Shown here piece after piece: positions 40,301 to 52,542 of a stretch of DNA of 64,000 nucleotides. The notes under the pieces are model-generated. The model made no database searches. It saw nothing but the letters and a program-made list of their open reading frames with translations, and had not been told where the DNA came from. The translations under genes were made by a program, and so were the position numbers. Origin of the DNA: Microbotryum violaceum (Eukaryota); the NCBI GenBank assembly GCA_001244265.2, contig CDLV01000013.1:930001-994000 (forward strand), in the 5' to 3' direction. Each line of letters begins with the position of its first letter. Position 1 is the first letter of the stretch.

Positions 40301-43300
40301 TAATGCCGCGAGCAAATGGTGCAATTACCAATTACGCGCGCGCGGTTACCCCCGAAGCTTGACCCATCTACCCAGGTAGTAAGGTGCAAAGTTCACTTAC
40401 AAATGGTGCATTCTTCGCGCAAATTTGGTGTGTTTGCCCCGGAAGAAAGGTGCGTTTACCAATTAAGGATGGTGCATCTACCACGTAGCGGGGCAATCCG
40501 CTCTATCTCGTGTAGTATGCCATGTACCACCCTGAAACTTGACAACCCTCCTACATGATCATCAAGTACGTCCACCTCTAGTAAGAAGCACTCTCACCAG
40601 GACCCCATGTAGTTGGAAATCGTGCGTGCACCCGGGCGGGCTCTCGCCGCGGCCGAGTCGTCCGGACCCCGGGCCGAGTAGGCCCCCCCACCCTAGGCTG
40701 CAATACAATGACTAAGACGATCAATCATCTCGGAGCTGCGGGATGTGTCCATATGGAGTGGGACACCTTGTATAGCATTCCTCGCCGTATCTCCTGCCTC
40801 AGCTTGAACTTGGACAAGGAAGATCATTGACTGCCTTTCCAAACCATCCGTGAACCTGTCCTAACAAAGCTAGTAGCACATCACCAAGTGTTCTCGCAAA
40901 TGTCACTAGCCGCGATCATTATCTCATTATATGTATGTATATACATCCTTCCGTTCTACTCATAATGGTACGGCTTAGGATCGACGACCTCACTCCTCTT
41001 CTTGCATCTGCTCAAAATAAACCATGACCAATGTGAGTGTTCTGATGACAAGGAAGGGTCCGATGCAGTTTGGGAGAGCCCGTACCTTGAGCAATTGACT
41101 CCAACATCGGATTTGTATTGCGAGCCAGGCATTGAGTGCAAGGCTTCAGCGAAGCCGCGCAGCTTTGAAAAAAGATTCTTCCCTCTCGCGCTTCGATCGG
41201 CGAGGGCTTGGGGCGCTTGTAGATATAGCGGCAATTGACCGAACGGCCAATGTACGTGTTTGATACCTTGGCAAGCAAGCAACGACCTCGAGTGCCTCAG
41301 ACACCGGCAGAGGGGGAGTAGGGTCGAACCTTACGATCCTCGGGAGTCTCATTGGCGGCGCATCTGGCATTGAACCAATCGTTGCAATTGACGGTGCCGG
41401 GTTGGGCCGCGGGCTTCGCGAAATCAACGGAGAAGTACATTGAGCGTCGGGATTGGGCTCAGAGGTGTACATTGTGCCGATCGAAGGGTCAATCAGAACG
41501 GGGGTAGGCGCACAAAATTCAATACCGGGCGATCCCAAGGGCTTCTCTTCGGTTGCCACTGGTGCTGTACAATATATTGAGCGTTCTCCAGCAGATTGGG
41601 CAGGTTACCGGGCGGTTCGCTGACGGAGCCCCGTTGAGCATCTACGAAAGACATGTCAATGCGCTGTGTCAAGGCCGAAGTATCGACAAACTGACTGCCG
41701 AACCTACCTCTGACAATAATGGCGGCCCGTTTTTCGACTAGGTCCTTCACAACGTCCAAATAATGCAGCAACGTCCCTTGCTTGACGTCGCTCGAGAGTA
41801 ACATAGGCCCTACAGGAAAGAGAATGTGCGAAAACTGATCAGCGCCGAAGGCTGAAGACGGTGAGACTCGCAAGAAGGCACAGGATTGGGCAGGGCCTCC
41901 TTCGCGACTGACCCAACGCCATCTGTTCGTTCGTACCCATCGTCGCAAGAATGGTAAGCGGGGCGCGGTTCTCATTCAGATACCGCCAAGACAAATCAAT
42001 CCCAAGGAACCGCGAACCGTCTTCGGCAACGTTTCCCATGGTGGCAAAGGCGATCAGGATATCAATTGAATGCAAGAATGCGAGTACGCAAATGAGTGAC
42101 TCGTTGTTCGTGGCGTTGAAAGGTTGAAAACTGCGGGACACACGCACGACGTGTAAGCCATGCATTAGCAGAATGCAAGCGCGACAATGCGTCGGATGAA
42201 AAAGAAAACACACTAGGCCACTCCGCGAGTCATCGGTTCAGACGCATCGTTCAAGCAGAATTTTCGCAGTTGAGCTGTGCGCGATAGGGCGTATAATGGA
42301 GAGGAATGTGTGTACGCCTTCGCAGCCTTGGTCCGGAACATGCTCTTGAGTTGCTTGGCCCAAGTGACCCGGTTAGGATGGAGAGTGACTCGGTGGATCT
42401 TCTCCCACTTCTTACAATAGTCGGACATAACTTTCTCGCGTGAATGGACCGAGAACGCGAGTCAGCGGTGCGATCAACAGACAGATAGAGGGTTCTGTTG
42501 GACATATCATGACTGTGATTCACCTTGGAAAGCACTGCTTCGGGTGCTGCCACACTGTTGCACTATCTGATGAGCGACAGTTCGCATAACCGCGGCCGGG
42601 TTCCTGACCGATTCTAGGGTCCGCCGGCCCTCATGGTTGCCAAGCGTGTAAATCAAGGCGATCGAGAGATTGCTGGCTGGGACCACAATCTTACAAAAGC
42701 AGAGTGCAGGTAACGAAACGGGTCTCAGCGCATGCGCAAAAGCCACGAACCCAAACACAGCAAAGAAAGGATCTCTGAGGCTGAAATTTCGGCTAACTCA
42801 CCTTCAATTGTGAAGAGCATTCGCGCACGACATCTTTGTCCTTCGGTCGCACATTGTAGTATATATTCCCATCATCTCCTGTGTAGCGCATGCAGGCGCC
42901 CGAGCACTGGTGCGATATGCGAAGCACTTCTTTGAGTGATTCCTTCCAAGTGGATTGCAAATTGTGGCCGATCAGCGGGTGCCATTCGATCAATGTCAGG
43001 TGATCCGTCGGATGCTGATGGAAAGAGATCGATGGAGCACGGTGAGATGTTTCTACTACGGCGAGACAACGTTCGTAATTGCAGGCCGTCCATTCGTGCT
43101 CCTGTTCCGGTTGGTTTCGCCAATGAAGGATAGGAGGAGGATCGGTGTGGAAGAATTTTGTCAGTTTTGCTTCCTAATCAGCAACTTCAACTAGCCATCA
43201 ATGACTGCTTATGCTTAGAACCAGTATCGACCTACTTCGGTGGCCATGTACAAAGGAAGCTTGAGAATTGGTATGGTGTCCTTGAGCGTCCATTCATCTG

Positions 43301-44445
43301 CTTTCCTTCGGTCGCCAAGAATCAGCGGCCATTGCCCGTAGTCGGCTTTCTTTTCCGCCGACCAGAGGAGGTTCGACGACATGATCGCTTGACGTTTGGC
43401 TTGGATTGTGTCATACTCCAGCTTTAGATGGTTGGGTGCACAATTCTCGAGGAGGTTGACGACTTGGCGCAGTCGATCCATGGCTTCTATGGCTTCTTCG
43501 CCGCCATCGGAGTAGCTGGCTTCGGAGTTGTCGACGGCGGGGTCTGAGTCGGCGTTCGAGTCGACATCGTCGGAGCAGCCCTCAGGAGTCATTGAGATTT
43601 GATTGGAGTGCGTCACTGAGGGAGATTGGTCAATAATATCGGGTTCCCGCTGGCCCAAGTCTCTCTTCTGGGTAGACGTAGTCGAGGACATCTGGGAGGT
43701 GCCACGTGCAGGTGGGCGGGTCATAGTCGATTGGTCGGGTCCCAATGCGGGGTGGGCCACCCTTATTCTGGAGCGTTGCTTTCATCTGCTGACTAGACAT
43801 GACGTATGCGACACGGGTTTTGGAACCAAGGCGAGTATCGGTCGATGGCAACGGATGGCAGGAACTGGCGTGGCGCGGTGAACATGAGTCGAAAGTAGAA
43901 GTAGGCATTTGGCGCGACGCGACGCGTCAAGCAGCCAGACAAAATTGAGCAAGTTCGGTGGCGGCGATGCGCGGCTGTGCAGTGGATGCAGGGCCTACTT
44001 TGCTTGGGCAGTGACACGCATGATCGGATCACTTGACCCGTTGTAGTACCCGGTAAAAGGAAGAGTGAATATTTCGATGCCTGGGGGCCTTCGTCGAGCC
44101 CGTGGGGGGAGTACAGGCACGATTTTCAACTACATGAGATCCGGGTGAAAGTGCGTCTTACCAAGGGTGGTCATACTTGGTGGTCATGTAAAAGAGCTCG
44201 TCAAGTTTCAGGGTAATACATGGCATACTACACGAGATACAGCGGATTGCCCCGCTACGTGGTAGATGCACCATCCTTAAATGGTAAACGCACCTTTCTT
44301 CCGGGGCAAACGCACCAACCAAATTTGCGCGAAGAATGCACCATTTGTAAGTGAACTTTGCCCCTTACTACCTGGGTAGATGGGTCAAGCTTCGGGGTAA
44401 ACGCGCGCGCGTAATTGGCAAATGCACCTTTTATTCGCGGCATTA
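40301..44445 (-). mobile_element. Long-TIR DNA transposon, probably Mutator-like (MULE), defective
   Basis: 40301-~40628 is the imperfect reverse complement of ~44115-44445. Internal spliced minus-strand gene has a C..C..C..H WRKY/GCM1-like segment and GIDLSWRYLNENRAPLTILAT, resembling the first catalytic-D region of MULE transposases. Confidence 0.75.
40950..43910 (-). pseudogene. Degenerate MULE-like transposase
   Basis: Fragments HQCSGAC..RECSSQLK|IVV..YTLGNHE, MSDYCKKW..HPNRV, GIDLSWR, PMLLSSD; broken by stops and frameshifts; no CxxH or third catalytic E seen. Confidence 0.55.
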
Positions 44446-44468
44446 TGTATGGATGCCGCGACAAAGCA

Positions 44469-44508
44469 AGTTAAGATGCGTTTCGGAAGTTAAGATGCGT
44501 TTCGGAAG
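44469..44508. repeat. Tandem duplication of a 19-bp unit (agttaagatgcgtttcgga x2)
   Basis: Read directly. Confidence 0.9.
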
Positions 44509-45109
44509 CGGACAATGTGTTGGCGCCCGCACAATCTCGCACAATTGGCCAAGTTCCATAACCGCACCCGCAATCAACCTAATTCCGTAACCTAACTCCG
44601 ATCGGCCAACCACCTCGTTGCCAAATCTGGCACGGCGGCGATTCGCACAGTGCCATACTTTCCGTCGCTCTGCTACTTCTGCATTTCTTATCGACGGAAG
44701 CGCATATCGAAGATTGCTTTCTATTTAGCTTGAGTTTCCCTCGCCCTTCGGGAATGGATGGGGTCACCGCAACGAAGTTGGAGAAGAGTGAGTCCACAGC
44801 CACTCTCGGGTCTCTCCCCCCTATCCGGTCGCGCACCTTTCTCTGTACATCGAGTCCTGATCGCCAGCCTGATCTCCCTCTCTCACCCTGATCTCTCTCC
44901 CTCTCCCTCTCTCCCTCCTCTCTCCCTCCCTCCCTCCCTCTTTCCCTCCCTTTCCCCATCGCCTCGCAGAAAACAAGTCACTCTATATTTCGACCTCGTT
45001 TCACCCTACGCTTGCCCCGTTCTCCCCCTGCTGGCAATCCTCCTCGAAGACGACGCCTTTGAGATCACCGCCCACCTCGACCGCCTCGCCACACTGCGCC
45101 TCGACAAGC

Positions 45110-45500
45110 TCGTCCCCCTCCCTGCGTCCCGGCGTGCTCGACCGCTACGTCTTTCGCGCGTCGGAACGTGGGAACACCAGCACGACGCGCGGCACCCCCT
45201 GTGGCTGCGAGTGGTTCGGCCGCACGCTCCAGGCCCTCGGCACGGCGCTCGGCTGGGTCGTCACCCACACCTTGTACGCTTGGCGACGCTTCCCTGCGAA
45301 CGCCATCAACGTCCCTGAGGTCACCCTCGCGGAGCGCCGCCTGCTCATGGCACACAGCGCAGAGTCGACGGCGTACGAGCGCTACTACCAAAGCCACCGT
45401 ACCAAGGCCGACACTCGGGCGCTCGTCGGTGATCGTCCCGAAAATCGAGCCTTGCTCACAGCCGTCAACGTTGCCGAGGTCATCGCCGATCTGCCGATGG
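45110..45500 (+). pseudogene. Tyrosine recombinase C-terminal catalytic fragment (DUF3435/Crypton-like)
   Basis: LGW..TLYAWRR..AIN..ERRLLMAHSAESTAYERYYQS..D fits the YxxRR / MxH / YY layout of fungal DUF3435-type YRs. Confidence 0.65.
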
Positions 45501-45502
45501 CT

Positions 45503-45635
45503 TGTTCCCCCGCCGGTTGTGCTCGAGCCCGATGATCTGCGGGTGTGCGGGTGTAGCAAAGAAACTGTTCCCCCGCCGGTTGTGCTCGAGCCCGATGATC
45601 TGCGGGTGTGCGGGTGTAGCAAAGAAACTGTTCCC
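45503..45635. repeat. Tandem duplication of a 63-bp unit
   Basis: tgttcccccgccggttgtgctcgagcccgatgatctgcgggtgtgcgggtgtagcaaagaaac occurs twice back to back. Confidence 0.95.
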
Positions 45636-45691
45636 CATTCATCGCCCTGCGGAGTCCGGACACTGCGAAATACTGGGTTTGGGGTCACGGT

Positions 45692-46474
45692 CGCTGCCAC
45701 CTCGTCGACGACCGACACCCACCACCCCATCTGCTCGGGGCTTGATTGGGCGGCCAAGGCGCTACCTCGACGTGACGCGGTCGCCACCGCCCGCGGTTAC
45801 AACAGGTCGGCCCAGGCATTGAGGAAGCGCGTCGAAGAGCTCGCCGAGGTGCGCTTCGTCAAGAACACCTCCGCACACACGGCAAACGCACAGCTCCGCG
45901 TTCTGCGACTGTTCGTTCACTTCGTCGCGCGAGTCGAGGAGACAAGCGTGTCGGACACAATCGCAAAGTTCTTCATCCCCGGTGTCGCCACCCCGATACC
46001 CGTCAGCCTCGTGCAGGCTCTCATGGAGGACGCGACGGTCATCTTGGGCTGGGGAACGCCAGCTCGTCGTCCGAGTCGTCATCGAGCTTGCGCTTCGACA
46101 ACCGGCCCACCGTCGCCGCCGCCACGTCCTCCATGAAAGCCTGCACGAGGCTGACAGGAATCGGGGTGGCGACATCGGGGGTGAAGAAGTTGGAGATGGT
46201 CTCCAACACGCTTGTCTCCTCGACCTGGGCGACGAAATGTACGAAAAGGCGCAGAACACGGAGCTGGGCGTTGGCCGTGTGCGCGGAGATCTTCTTGACG
46301 AAGCGCACCTCGGCGAGCTCGTCGACGCGCTTCCTCAATGCCTGGGTCGACCTGTCGTGACCGCGGGCGGTGGCGACCGCGTCACGTCGAGGAAGCGCCT
46401 TGACCGCCCATAGGTCGTACCCAGGCCCCGAGCAGAGGGGGTCGTCGGTGTTGGCCGTCGACGAGGTGGCAGCG
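45692..46474. repeat. Diverged inverted duplication (~340-bp arms, ~90-nt spacer) of a putative YR N-terminal coding region
   Basis: 45692-46033(+) and 46123-46474(-) both encode KALPRRDAVATARG..LRVLRLFVHFVA..PIPVSLVQA.MED. Confidence 0.9.
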
Positions 46475-49387
46475 GAAGCGCGAGCGCGAGCAGCGGAAGC
46501 GGGAGCGGGCACGGGCACAGACACCGTAAGCGTAGACCACGACGCCGAGGGAGGGCCGAGCGCGCCCGGGGGGGCGGCGACGGGAGGACCGGTGGTGGCG
46601 GCGGCGGAGCCCAGGACAGCTGTAGCTGACTGCTGAGGCTGTGGGTGCGGCACGGGAGGGTGGGCGTACGGTGCGGACGTGGATGGGTGGTATTGCGTAT
46701 GGGGAACACCGTGAGGAGGTGGTGGAGGAGGGTGGGGATGGTAGGCAGGAGGAGGAGGCGGCGGGGCTCGGCGAGGTGGCGCCGGCGGCAGCGGGGTAGC
46801 AAGGGTCGCGCTCGAGGGCTGTGTCGGGACCGAGCAAAAGCGCCACAGGACGACGGGTCAGTTATGGCCATCGATCATTGCTACCCGGCACCTATCCCTG
46901 ACGGGACGTCAAGATCATCATGGCAGCGGTGGCTTGCAAGTTGCCGGTCTCGGCTCCGATACCGGGAACTCGGCGCGCGCGTTGCGGCCCAAGCACACCA
47001 GACGGCGGTTCGGAGAAAGGAGACACTTCGGCACGACGCTCCTAATGACCGATGTCGCCACTGGCCACGGTCCAGGGTGGGGGTGGGGCGGAGGCAAGCA
47101 AGACTGACCTGCCGTGCGTTGGCCTCGGGGGTGTCAGTCGGGAGAGTGTAATCCTCGGGCATATTTTCGGCCACGTTCGATCGATCTGGAAGAGTCACGA
47201 GAATATGGTCAGTGAGCGCTGGCCTCCGGCAGACTCCGAGTCCGGTTGGAGCGAGGTGAGAACGGGACAGGGAGCTTCGGCGCTGTGCGACGGCCGCCGC
47301 TGACCGGACGGCGGGCGTTTAAGGCGCCGCTCCGCTTACGCCTCACGACAACCTCAGCGGCCGAAGCCTTACTTGCGCGCGGCGCCACGGGCGCCTCTTG
47401 ACCTTAGTCCTTTTAGTAGTCTTTCTTCGCCTGCGAATTACGCCGTTTGATCCTTTCAGTTTGGACTCGGAACCAGTGAGGCTCGAGAGCAATCTCGTAC
47501 CTTTCAGGGCGCTCCGTCGCAGTGGTCGACTCGGTGCGTTGAGAACCTCCATGGGATCGTCGATGATCACGGTATACACCTCAAGGCTGTGACGGTCGCG
47601 TGGCTGGGCGACTCCGACGACCCCCCCTGGCACCATGCCGACAGCAAGGCCGCAGCGAATGCTTTCGCGCGTCGCGAGTCGCCTCGCGCCGGCGTAGCCC
47701 CAGCCCCGGCCAAAGCCGTATGGCACCCGTCGCTGCTGCACGCGGCGCCCGAGAGAGCGCAACCGAACTCACCAGACTGCAGGGTTCGATTGGGTGGACG
47801 TTTCTTGGGTAGCACCAAGTGATGGAGTGACGCTGTCAAGGTCGAGCGAGGTGGAAATGTGGACGAGAGAGGCACAAGTGGGGGTAAAGTATGGGGTAGG
47901 CGAGTCTCGAGATGAGCGGTCGTGAGGCAGGGTGGTCGAGGAAAAGGGCAGAGGTCAAGGGGGGAGGGAGAGGGTGGGGGTGGGCGCACAAGAGGGAGAA
48001 CAGGCGGGAAGACGAGGGTGGGAAGCTGAAAGCTGCTCGCTCGAGAGCAGCGCGCTATCATCCACGACCCGCCGACGACGCTTCCGATCTCCGGGTACGG
48101 GCGTGGCCCCTAAAGCTAATTTGGAAACCTCGAGATTTGACCACCTTGACGTCGAAATCTCGCCGCCATTGGGTTGAGAGTCTGTACATACTGGCCTTGA
48201 CTTGGGTTATGTGATGTACAACCCGAGGGGCCCTCCCAAAGCTGGGGATAGCTCCGCCGCCTGCGCGCACCACACCACTGTCGTGCACATTCGAGCGAGC
48301 GATCTGATTGGGCGGATTGCCCTTGTGAACAAACGTGTATAGATCATGATCATTATCTACGATCCTATGTTGAGCTGGATCAGCGTAATAGCGCCCTGTG
48401 TCCTTGGCTAACGTTCTGCTTCGTTGGCGACGGCCAAATCCAATCGATCGCCAGCCGGCGAGCGCGACGATCACCCCCGGACCCTCGAGCCTGCGCACCC
48501 AAGCGCGCCCGAAACACAGTCGATGTGTTGGCCCCGATGCGCCCAGCGCGTCCGAGCGCCATGCCTCCTCCATCCGGCTCGGACCTCTCCCTGCAGCGAC
48601 GAGGAGCCTGTAGCAACTCCGTGCCAGCGGCACAGGTCCCACATCGGGGCAATTCGCCTATGGATATCCCGGTCAGCGTAAGGCTTCGTGAAAGTGTGTA
48701 ACCCTCGTCTGTCCGAAGTCATGCTAAAGCTGATTGGGATCTCGTAACTCTACAGCATGTCTACCTCTGTGGTCGGTCGAAGTTGTTGCAGACCTTGCGT
48801 AGACACCATCCTATCCCGTGCTCGGTCATCGCCGCTCTCGTATCCCGTTGCCGGCAACGCGGGGGAGGACACGCACTGCTCCAGGAGGGTTCACCCAACA
48901 TTCAGCATCGATAAGATCGACGCGAGTCTCTTCGTGAGCTCCAACTCGTATCACGGGTTAAGCGAGGATGTTGGGATGCTTGGGTTAGTTGTTGGAGGTC
49001 AAGCATCTTCAAATGGGCGATAAACCCCGGGTTGTCCAAGTCGAACCGCGGCCGAGCAAGTGTCTCAAGCCATCATACGACCCCGGCGATGATGACGAAT
49101 AACGCTATGAAGGCTGAATCGAGGGTCAGAGTTGGGCATTCCTGTACTTTACAAGTGACCTGTTGCTTGTTGGGGTGTTGCAATATCATGCGATCGTCAC
49201 CCATCGTCATTTGTGCTTCCGACCGGAGGAGCTTCCCGACCCCTCTTTCGGTCGACTTTGGACTGCGGATTTAGAGCTATTGCAGTACAATCGGGTGCCA
49301 AATGCGCACACGGGTTTCACGCATGGACATCGCACTAACCTCGGACGGGTTGGTCACTGCGGGTGGTGTAGTCGAAATGAGGTGGGG

Positions 49388-49474
49388 GTAAAAGACCCCT
49401 ACGGTGGGGTAAGAGATCACTACGAGAGAGTAAAAGACCACTGCGCGGTGGGAACAGACGTAACAGACCCCTAC
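49388..49474. repeat. Four copies of a 15-bp motif GTAAAAGACCCCTAC (degenerate), first three at 21-bp spacing
   Basis: Copies start at 49388, 49409, 49430 and 49460. Confidence 0.75.
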
Positions 49475-49503
49475 CGAGGGGGATGGTCCTTTACTACTTA
49501 CTA

Positions 49504-51264
49504 CCAATGGGAACCCATTAAATTAACGGGAGGATGAATTTCAAGAATCGAACAGTGTACATGATCCCTGAAGCTTTTTAGAGCTGAAGGTTTGTTCCAG
49601 AAAATTCGGCGGCGCGAGCTTGGGAAATTGACGACGGTCTCAACATCGGGGCGCCGCGAGTTTGGGAAATTGACGACGATGTCAAGGATTGTTGCTCTGT
49701 GCATTTTCGTGTCCTTGGACTTTTTGATCATTCCGGACACAACATCCATGTCGATTTCGAGCAGTGCTGTTGCGCTTCGAGCCATTTTCTCTTTGGCGAC
49801 CGGAAAAGCTAGTTGGCGAAACAATTCTCGTCGGCGGAGCATGTTCGAAACGATGAATGGGAAAGCACTGAACCGTGTTGTTCGTGGGCGAGTACGCGAT
49901 CTGATCGATTAAATCACTCGGTCGATGGAGACGTCGGGGATGGATGAGTGCGCCCCATCAAGCTGAATTTTTTAAAATCGGAGGTCCGTCCGTAGTGTAG
50001 AGTTGGTTAATCCCCTCCAAATGCTTATTCCACACGCTTGATGTCGTCTTCATGCACCCATCGTACGTTATGCCCGAAGACTCTCTCTGAACACACCAGG
50101 CAGCAGAAGAGTCGGGAACGAGCGTCGGTGAAGTAATCATTCCATTCAGAACGGTTCTCGGTTTTGAACTGATCGGATGCTGGCGCAAAATGCGATGTCA
50201 CATTACCGGGATCTTATTGTGCGGGTTCGGGATGCAGTGGTGGACGTCTGGGCAGCGTTTCTTTAGAGTCAGTCCGACGCTGAAACGTTCCCGCGATTCT
50301 TCTGGACTTCGAGTCGTTCTGTTCGGTTTGGAGCACGTCAACAGGTTTGATGCGTATGCTCTGTGGTCGGAGAAGCAATGACGACGCAGCGGAGTCACGG
50401 GACTCACCGCTTGTTGCCTTCTAAAAACATACCCATTTGAACAAGCATTACAATTGGGATTGCACGATCAAAGGAGCGCTTGTAGGGATAGCTCTTTCGC
50501 AAGCGGATTCCTCCTGGAGTATCCTTCCAAGTGGTGCGCCCGGCGAAAAAGCTCCTACAGGGGATCCATGCTGAAGTTGATGCTGCTGCACACGAGCTGC
50601 CCAAGACTGCATTTGACAACCACATCATCGAGTGCTGACACTGGACTGTTGCGTAAGAGCTGACCGGAATACACATACTGCGCTTGATCGGTGCGGCGGG
50701 AGCATCGGCTGTCGCTAGTGGTGGACGCGAGGCTTAACACGTTGCCGAAATTCGAGCGTTGTGCACTACAGTGGGCTGACCTCGATGGTGCGGAGGTGTA
50801 CAAGATCAGAAAGCAGTGACATGACGGCGGTTGTGTAATAGCCTGTCTTAGAGATGCGAGGAAACTCGATCCAAGTTAGAACAAGGCAGTATGTACTACC
50901 TAATGATCGGCGCGCTCAGCCGGGGTCCTCCTATCCGGGGGAGCATTGTTCAAACCGATCGGCGCTGAAATCGCGCTCTCCTATAGGACTTCAACAGCCA
51001 CGCGCTATTTCGGCCATTTCGTCCCATAAAATCTTAGAAGTGCACCATTTTCGAGGCTGGACCCCCCCCCTTTTTCGAAACGAAACCTTCAGCTCTAACG
51101 AGCTTCAGGGATAACGAGCTTCAGGGATAACGAGCTTCATGGATTGTAGGATAGTAGGATACTAGTAGGATACTAGTAGGATACTAGTAGGATACTAGGG
51201 GAGTATGATAGATAGAGAAACTGTAGATAGTTTTGAGGATTAAGGATAAGGATAGTTTCAAGGA
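49504..51264 (-). mobile_element. Non-autonomous Helitron derivative 1
   Basis: 3' end is hairpin cccgttaatttaatggg + ttccca + TTGG|T, homologous to the two other copies. Putative 5' TC at 51264 followed by tandem repeats at ~51096-51200. Interior is decayed and unidentified. Confidence 0.6.
51096..51198. repeat. Minisatellites (taacgagcttcaggga)x3 and (tagtaggatac)x4
   Basis: Read directly. Confidence 0.9.
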
Positions 51265-52029
51265 CCAGTGGGATCCCGTTAAATTAACGGGCGGATGAAA
51301 TTCAAATCGCATGATAATCGAAGAACAGTCTACATGATTTCAGCAGAGGTAAACAAAAACAAACAAAAAACGCAAAGATTTTTCATTCATCGCCGAAACA
51401 GCCTGCCCATTGAAACATTTGTGCAATGAGATCTGGACGGTGGCTTGCTTTGTCGTTCGGCCAAAGTGCAGCCTTGATTTCCGGCCATTCGCGAATGGAG
51501 TTGCGCGTCACCGTGATGAACAGCACGGAGGCTTTCCAGGTTTGATAGTGCACGCCAGCGTAACGTCCGTGCAAACAGTACGCAAATAATTGTGAGCCGG
51601 ACACGGCTGGCCCGGGCGCGCCGCATCACGTGACAGACGCTAGCCTCGCCCCGCGCGTCAGGCCGCGTCAGGCGTCAGGCCGTCAGGCGCCAGGCGGAGT
51701 TCTGCTGTAGAAGCAATGTCATGCAAAGTCACGCGCTTGCCGTCCATTTAATGCAATATAAGCGTAAACACTGTTTTACGTCAACGAAAAAGTGAAAGAA
51801 AATACAGGGAACGCTGTAGCTTCGTTCGACCGGCTCGAAAAATACAAAAATCGCTACAGAGCTTGTACATGACTTCTGATGGGACCATGGACACCACAGG
51901 CAGGTGCGGCAGACACAACAGTATGCTGGTCCATCCATCACAGGCGGCCCTCCGGGCCGCAACCTAATTTAAAACAGCGATTTTAGGTACATTCCTTAAT
52001 TCACACTTTTTTTTTACTAATTAGGGTAA
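51265..52029 (-). mobile_element. Non-autonomous Helitron derivative 2 with Rep remnant
   Basis: Hairpin cccgttaatttaacggg + CTGG|T 3' end; LFITVT..WPEIKAAL..HRPDLIAQMF Rep motif (51383-51604); 5' ~400 bp homologous to 53081-53480. Confidence 0.85.
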
Positions 52030-52412
52030 TACGTTTAAATATCGTTCAACTGCAGTGATCATTCAAAGTCCGCCAATGGAAGCGTTACTTACTATAATTT
52101 GAATCTTCGCTCAAACTTTATGAACTGTTTTTTATGGATGAGAGAAGCGAGGGACCTGTGCCAATTCTGCTCTAATCGGCGCAAACACGGCGCCCGAACC
52201 GCCAAGGCCGACACTCCCGAACGGACCGCTGACACCACGGGCGCCGGAGTGGCCAAGCAAGGAAGAGCCCTGATGTAGCAACTACTGCATTGTCCGCCTT
52301 GTCTCACCGACCAGAAGTACTATAGACCTGTACATGGATCGTTTTCCCAGAGTGATACATCACATATTGCAAGAGATACAGGCGTCTACACTATGTGGTA
52401 CCTAGGTCCGAA

Positions 52413-52542
52413 TGTAAGATATGTGCCTCAGCATAAAATACGTTCTTGACCGCTAGGCTAAAAGCAAGCCGTAAATAGAATTCGGCAGTTCTAGCTACCG
52501 AGAGGCTACTTATAGGGCTGTTCTGTAAGGCATCCCCTTACA
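52413..52542 (-). mobile_element. Solo-LTR-like repeat (TGTAA...TTACA), second copy
   Basis: Reverse-complement homolog of 34454-34592; flanks ccgaa/atgaa match only partly. Confidence 0.7.

Noticed and set aside
46860-49270. Several 80-190 aa ORFs in the island
   Set aside because: No recognisable motifs and inconsistent frames; probably decayed TE or cargo, cannot be called.
51096-51198. Short direct repeats as a CRISPR array
   Set aside because: Units are contiguous with no unique spacers; eukaryotic context; no cas genes.
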